Of a DNA stretch of 64,000 nucleotides, positions 57,825 to 64,000 are shown one piece after another. How positions within the stretch are numbered: the stretch's first letter is position 1; each line of letters opens with the position of its first letter. The notes under the pieces were generated by a model. It ran no database searches and was not told where the DNA came from. It saw only the letters and a program-made list of their open reading frames with translations. The stretch covers positions 1,178,001 through 1,242,000 of the forward strand of contig OZ037836.1 of the NCBI GenBank assembly GCA_964035575.1. The letters are read 5' to 3'. The translations under genes were made by a program, and so were the position numbers. The DNA is from Rhynchopus sp. YZ270_cl-10 (taxonomy: Eukaryota).

Positions 57825-60800
57825 CCTAGGTGGACTCTTTTGGTGGGTTCTTGTGGGTTGTGGGGGCTGGTGCTGGCAGGTATGTACACACCAGGGGGGT
57901 GGTGAGGGTCCCAGATGGGGCCCGGGGAGGTAAAAGGTCATGTTGTGCATATCATTGCACAGTTTATACAGTGCAAACTGTTGTTTGCCATTAGATGCGA
58001 TACAATGACAGAGTCTTGTTGCTTATTTCCTTTCAGTCCTCAGTTGTTAACGCCTGATGTGGTTTGCATGTTTGAAATGTATAGCTATGAGAGCAGCTGC
58101 GCACGGGAGACGTGCCGAGAGAAGGAGCCGTCGCCATACTGGATAAGGCGACGGCCTACAACCATCCAGACCCACCCCAACTCCAGGGATAGACCCTCGG
58201 TCGCTGTCGTGATGATGGAGTCCCTCTACGGCAGCAGCCCCTCCTGGGCCTCCCCCCACCAGCACCTTCATCATGTGCGCCAGGCAGGCACCTACATCGC
58301 CATATATACAGTCGCTCTCCGCACTCCACTCCAACATACTCAGGTCGATGCACCTGGGTGGCTACACCACAGATGATGCGAGCGGTGTTAAAGGACGCTA
58401 GCGACCACCCCGCCTGGCAGAAGACCCCCGAGAAGACCGCACGCAAATGGCTTGCGAAAGCACATCGTGGATACCTCCGTGACTGCAGCACGCGATTGCA
58501 AGAACACCCGCCTGCTGATGCGACTGCTCGTGGAGGTGCACCCCGACACCGACCTCCGTCGCGTATCGGGCTTCGACGGCGTGCTGAGGATGAGGCCGCA
58601 GACAGCCTCACGCGAGAGGGTGGTGTGGCTGAGCCGGAGCACAGCCTCAAGGCTCGTGAAGCAGCATTGCTGCATCACGGGAGGGTGATGATCGCCTCAC
58701 CCAAATATTTTGGGCTTGTCGTACGCCCCGTCCAGGAACGCAGCGCATGCGCCGCCAGAAGTCGCTCCTCATGCGGGCCCAAAGACCACCCAACCGCGGA
58801 CTTTGTCGCCGCACTTAACAACAGCGGCCTCGCGTGCGCAACGCAGACCGTGCCGAGCACTGGGAAGACCTGGTGCGTTAAGTTAACATCATGACACCCG
58901 TCCCCAAAGACGCATGTGTCATCAAGGGAAGCCGGTGATGGCTTGCCAGGCCCAGCCTGGTCACCGATTCAGAAGCAGGAAGAGGGCGGGCCCGGCCACA
59001 CCCGACAGCGCCAAGCCTGAGGCGAAACGGCAATGCAAGCCGGAAAAAAGGGGGCAAAAGAAATAGTAGGATCGGTAGGTAAGTAAAGTTGCTTCGTTCA
59101 TTGCACAAACAAAATAGCAGCAACAGGACCACTGCAGCCGAGGGAGAGGAGTCGAGGGAGGAGCTGCAGAGGCAGAACCTCGACCTTCTGCGACAGCTGG
59201 TGGAACTGAAGCAGCAGATAGCGTGACGGCACAGCTCACCGTCACCACCAACCAAGACACTGTGATGACAGCAAAGACCCCTTCTCAAGAGGTCTCTGCC
59301 ACCTCCACAACTGGGATACACTCCACGCTCCCTAACCCCGGACCCAAACCCCTCAAGTGTCTCTCCGACAACATCAACGGATTGACACAAACGACACGAG
59401 CAGAAGCTGACGTGCCGTCTGCAGGACACGGCGTTTGATGCAGGGGTGCAGGTTGTGCTTGCCCGCCCTCGCTTGGCCGACATCAAGTGTCCTGCTCAGT
59501 ACAGTGTAACGCATACGGGAGACAACGGGTTACTGTCGCGTTGTGGAACGCTCTGCATCTATAGTAGCAGGCGTGGGCATGTTGGCGGCTTCGACACAGA
59601 AACCTACGAGCCTGTCTTCTCATTTGATTGATGCGGACAATTATGTGTACGGTGCGCCTGCCATCTCTCAGTGCAAGACACGCTGCTACCTGCCTTGTGG
59701 GGATTGCCTTCTCAAGGTTGCACTTCCGGGTGGGGAGGTGGTCCGCAAAGTCGACTGCGCTTCGTGGACCTTGTTCTCCTGTGGCAGTGTTGTTGTCTCG
59801 TATGGCAAAGACGGCGTCTCTGTGTATGACGAAGACCTGACGTTGCTCTGCTCTCTCTCGCACGAAGAGTGTGTTACTCTACTGCTCGCCCAAAAAGAGT
59901 ACGACGTTGTCTGCCTTAAGGAACTCAAAGCGAGCCAGACAGGCGACATTGGCTTCGACGTTTACATTATGTATGATACAAACGCATGCGTATCCAAAAG
60001 CGTGCGAAGGGGGCGACGGCATCGGGAGGCGGCATCCACGTCTGCACCACACGCACATACAAACACATCTTCACTTCTCCAGAGAGCAGCGTGACGGAGA
60101 CTCGCCTTCGAAGTGGAAGGTGTGCGATTCTGCAATATGCACAGGCCAAGTGCGGCAGGCCTGCACAAAAATGACACACTACGTGCCGACGGCAACGTTT
60201 CAGAACTGCCCACACACAAGGGAAGGTGGTGGTTGCGGGGACGTGAACGCGCACCACCGATCCTGGGCACACTGCACTACACGACGCTATGCCACTGCAC
60301 AAAAAAGGGAAAGACATGACTGACCCTCGTCGTACCGCCCGATCTCCCTTACCGGCAGTGTGTCGAAGGTGATGGAGAAACTGGTGGGGCGACGCATGCA
60401 CCAACTGATGAGCCAGCCAGACTCTTCAGTGAACAACCTCCACTCAGCTTAGGACGAGCCACCCTCTTGCTCCACCGGAAGGCAGCAAAGGTGATCACCG
60501 GTGCGACTACATGTCGCACGGTCAGGACGTGTTGTGGGAGGCACCGCAGATCACAGCGTACCACCAACGACTACGAGAAGTTTGTAGGACTGCCCGGCTC
60601 GCTTGGGCATGCTGTGTTTAACAAACTAAACCAGGCATTTTCATAGTTCATGAAATGCTGGAGACATACATCTTAGGTACGTACGTAATACGCGGCAAAT
60701 AGGTAGCAAAAATAATAAAATACATAGTGAACTGAGGACTGAAAGGAAATAAGCAACAAGACTCTGTCATTGTATCGCATCTAATGACAAACAACAGTTT

Positions 60801-60950
60801 GCACTGTATAAACTGTGCAATGATATGCATACCATGACCTTTTACCTCCCCGGGCCCCATCTGGGACCCTCACCACCCCCCTGGTGTGTACATACCTGTC
60901 AGCACCAGCCCCCACAACCCACAAGAACCCACCAAAAGAGTCCACCTAGG
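57825..60950. mobile_element. ~220-bp inverted repeats enclosing 2.7 kb of decayed coding-like sequence
   Basis: 57825-58045 is the reverse complement of 60730-60950; the interior has fragmented GC-rich frames. Confidence 0.75.
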
Positions 60951-61167
60951 CATACATGGTAAGCGAACAAAAAATTCGCTTTATTCGCTTTTGGTTCGCT
61001 TTTTTATTCGCTTTATTCGCCGGCGAATAAAGCGAATAAAGCGAACCAAAAGCGAACGAAAAAGCGAACAAAAAGCGAATAAAAAGCAACGTATTTTTTG
61101 TCAAGTCTAGTGTGTCGAGTCTAGTCCCCCGAGATCCCCCAATACCCGCAACGACGCCAAAATAAGG

Positions 61168-62157
61168 CTACTGTACTGTACTGTACTGTACTGTACTGTA
61201 CTGTACTGTACTGTACTGTACTGTACTGTACTGTACTGTACTGTACTGTACTGTACTGTACTGTACTGTACTGTGCTGTACTGTACTGTACTGTACTGTA
61301 CTGTACTGTACTGTACTGTACTGTACTGTACTGTACTGTACTGTACTGTACTGTACTGTACTGTACTGTACTGTACTGTACTGTACTGTACTGTACTGTA
61401 CTGTACTGTACTGTACTGTACTGTACTGTACTGTACTGTACTGTACTGTACTGTACTGTACTGTACTGTACTGTACTGTACTGTACTGTACTGTACTGTA
61501 CTGTACTGTACTGTACTGTACTGTACTGTACTGTACTGTACTGTACTGTACTGTACTGTACTGTACTGTACTGTACTGTACTGTACTGTACTGTACTGTA
61601 CTGTACTGTACTGTACTGTACTGTACTGTACTGTACTGTACTGTACTGTACTGTACTGTACTGTACTGTACTGTACTGTACTGTACTGTACTGTACTGTA
61701 CTGTACTGTACTGTACTGTACTGTACTGTACTGTACTGTACTGTACTGTACTGTACTGTACTGTACTGTACTGTACTGTACTGTACTGTACTGTACTGTA
61801 CTGTACTGTACTGTACTGTACTGTACTGTACTGTACTGTACTGTACTGTACTGTACTGTACTGTACTGTACTGTACTGTACTGTACTGTACTGTACTGTA
61901 CTGTACTGTACTGTACTGTACTGTACTGTACTGTACTGTACTGTACTGTACTGTACTGTACTGTACTGTACTGTACTGTACTGTACTGTACTGTACTGTA
62001 CTGTACTGTACTGTACTGTACTGTACTGTACTGTACTGTACTGTACTGTACTGTACTGTACTGTACTGTACTGTACTGTACTGTACTGTACTGTACTGTA
62101 CTGTACTGTACTGTACTGTACTGTACTGTACTGTACTGTACTGTACTGTACTGTACT
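61168..62157 (+). repeat. Satellite (CTGTA)n, ~197 units
   Basis: Direct reading; one variant unit. Confidence 0.98.
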
Positions 62158-62751
62158 CCCCGAGAAAACCACTTTTTTGGGATAATTCAGCGCATTAGAA
62201 AATTTTGCGACCCCGCTCGGTTAGAACCGTGACTCTGTGTGACCCTTACCACCGTGAGAGTAAACACCAAAAAACGGGGAAAATAAAAATAAAAAGGGGT
62301 ACCCCCTCCAAATTCCCCGTGGTTCGCCCGTATGTCTCCCGCGGTTGTACCGCGTACAACGGTTCACACCATTTTGGCCATTTTTTCACAAAAAACCAAT
62401 TTTTTTTAATCAGGAAAGTATCTGTAGAGGTCGTCAGGTGGTTTAATGGGATATTTGGGTGATCCCCAGGGCGATTTGCGGCCAGGTACGACCTTTTTGG
62501 TGGGTTTCTTCACCTAAATTTCAAAAAAATGGGTTTGTGACAGTATTTGTACAGGGATTTAGACACCACTGCGCCCCCTAGAGGGGGGGGAAGCTGAGAA
62601 AACCGTATTATTTTGTCTGTTTTGTGCATAGCTGAAAGGGAAAAAGAAAGAAAACTTGAAAGATGTACCGCAACACATCTTCACCACCATCGCATGAGGG
62701 AACCAGAAAAAGGCGGACAAAACCCACAAACCAAATTCAACCCACGTTCAT

Positions 62752-63972
62752 TCAGCCCTTTTTAACCCTCTTGCCAGGACGCACAACAGCGGTGTCCCTC
62801 TTCACTCGTGGCGTCTGTTCCTCCTCACCTTCATCCTCGCTGCACGCAGGCGAACCCTTGCTCTCTGCGAACCCTGCTTCCCTTTCCTCAGAGGGCTCTG
62901 TGTCTGCATGAAGACGCTTCCGCCTGCACCCTTCTTTCTGCACGGTTGCGGGGTCGGGCACGTTGTCAGTCTCGCATATCAGACCGTGAATCACATTTGT
63001 CGGCAAACCCACTTCTTTCGCAAGCAACCTCCTCACAACCAGAGCGTCCTTGCTCAACCCTGAGGCATCGATTCTTGTTAACTCTGAGCAGGACTCGAAC
63101 AAATACTCCCCAATACTCCTGACCCCGCTCAACGCAGACAGGCCATCGACGACTTGCAAGCGTAAGCAATGCCCAAAGAAGTACTTCCCGATGGTAACGA
63201 CACTCCTCAGCCCCGAAAGACAAACTCTCTTCAACGACGAGCAGTTGTAAAGAAATCCGTCAACTATTTTGGTGACATTGCTCAACCCCGAAAGGTCCAC
63301 GGACGTCAAATGGCTGCACTTGTTAAGAAAATCCCCCGCAATCACAGTCAGGCAGCGAAACACAGAGAGGTCAACCGTTCGCAATGCAGAAGAACCAAGA
63401 AAGTATTGGTCTATCATAGTGACACTGCCGAACCCCGACAGGTTGATGCTCTCCAATCGTTCGGCGAAGGGGATGAAGCGAACTCCTATCACAGTCACAT
63501 TGCACAACCCTGAAAGGTCAACCTCTGTCAACTGTGGGCAATTGTACAGGAAGTTTGCCCCTATTTCGGTGACAACCGACACAGCACTAAGGTCAAGTCG
63601 CGTTAACGCACTGCGTTCCAAGAAGTGAAAAGGAATCACAGTCGCAACCTCCGCCTCCAAAAGCAAACGCGCAACGTCCGGATTCTTCACAGTCGCCAAC
63701 CTCTGTTTTGTCAGGTCTGTCTCGCCCAATGCGTGAAGTGCTGCAATGGCAGCAGACTTCGTTGTCCTCATGAGCATAATCGTGTCCCCAGCACTCAGCT
63801 CCTTGATGCCCTCCTCGTCACGCAGCACCTCCCCTCTGAAAGTCATCTGAAAGCTGTCTTCCTGCAACCCTGCTGCAGACGCCACCTTCAGACGCAGGTG
63901 TCCAAGTGCATCATCCACACCCACCTCCACCACATGTTCCTTCTCGTCAAAATCCTTGATCGTGATATCCAT
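62752..63972 (-). CDS. Divergent UBL-LRR paralogue (copy 11, 406 aa)
   Basis: MDITIKDFDEKEHVVEV UBL; conserved AIAALHALG..VARLLLEAEVATVIP linker; 25-aa LRRs; acidic/basic tail. Confidence 0.9.
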   Translation of the reverse strand: MDITIKDFDEKEHVVEVGVDDALGHLRLKVASAAGLQEDSFQMTFRGEVLRDEEGIKELSAGDTIMLMRTTKSAAIAALHALGETDLTKQRLATVKNPDVARLLLEAEVATVIPFHFLERSALTRLDLSAVSVVTEIGANFLYNCPQLTEVDLSGLCNVTVIGVRFIPFAERLESINLSGFGSVTMIDQYFLGSSALRTVDLSVFRCLTVIAGDFLNKCSHLTSVDLSGLSNVTKIVDGFLYNCSSLKRVCLSGLRSVVTIGKYFFGHCLRLQVVDGLSALSGVRSIGEYLFESCSELTRIDASGLSKDALVVRRLLAKEVGLPTNVIHGLICETDNVPDPATVQKEGCRRKRLHADTEPSEEREAGFAESKGSPACSEDEGEEEQTPRVKRDTAVVRPGKRVKKG

Positions 63973-64000
63973 TTTTGTGTTTTTGTGTTTTGTGCTGTGT

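Noticed and set aside
2551..62232. Long ORFs over satellites (YTV, CIL, GTGYWVL, STVQY etc.)
   Set aside because: Stop-free frames arising from simple repeats.

Overview
Repeat-rich eukaryotic DNA, probably from a protist. Intronless same-strand genes preceded by pyrimidine tracts and CAG fit a trans-splicing euglenozoan, but the organism cannot be established. (1) There is a minus-strand array of 11 paralogues built as ubiquitin-like domain (UBL) + linker + 25-aa BspA/TpLRR-like repeats + basic C-terminus. Their framework is nearly invariant, but LRR surface positions, repeat number and a terminal loop are hypervariable. (2) Three copies are interrupted by co-oriented retro-insertions with 18-20 bp target-site duplications (TSDs). 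The largest is a 7.4-kb apparently full-length non-LTR retrotransposon (41666-49030). It carries a candidate HDV-like ribozyme at its exact 5' end, an ORF1 opening with an AUG-less ubiquitin domain ending in LRGG, and an ORF2 with OTU protease, APE endonuclease, RT, Zn finger and a degenerate RNase H. The other two are a 5'-truncated relative with a triple Cys/His repeat and a 2-kb non-coding element with its own HDV-like candidate. (3) The rest comprises TIR/MITE-like elements, hAT relics, satellites, a DUF6640-like membrane protein and an EF-hand-like ORF. All domain and RNA-structure calls were made by eye.
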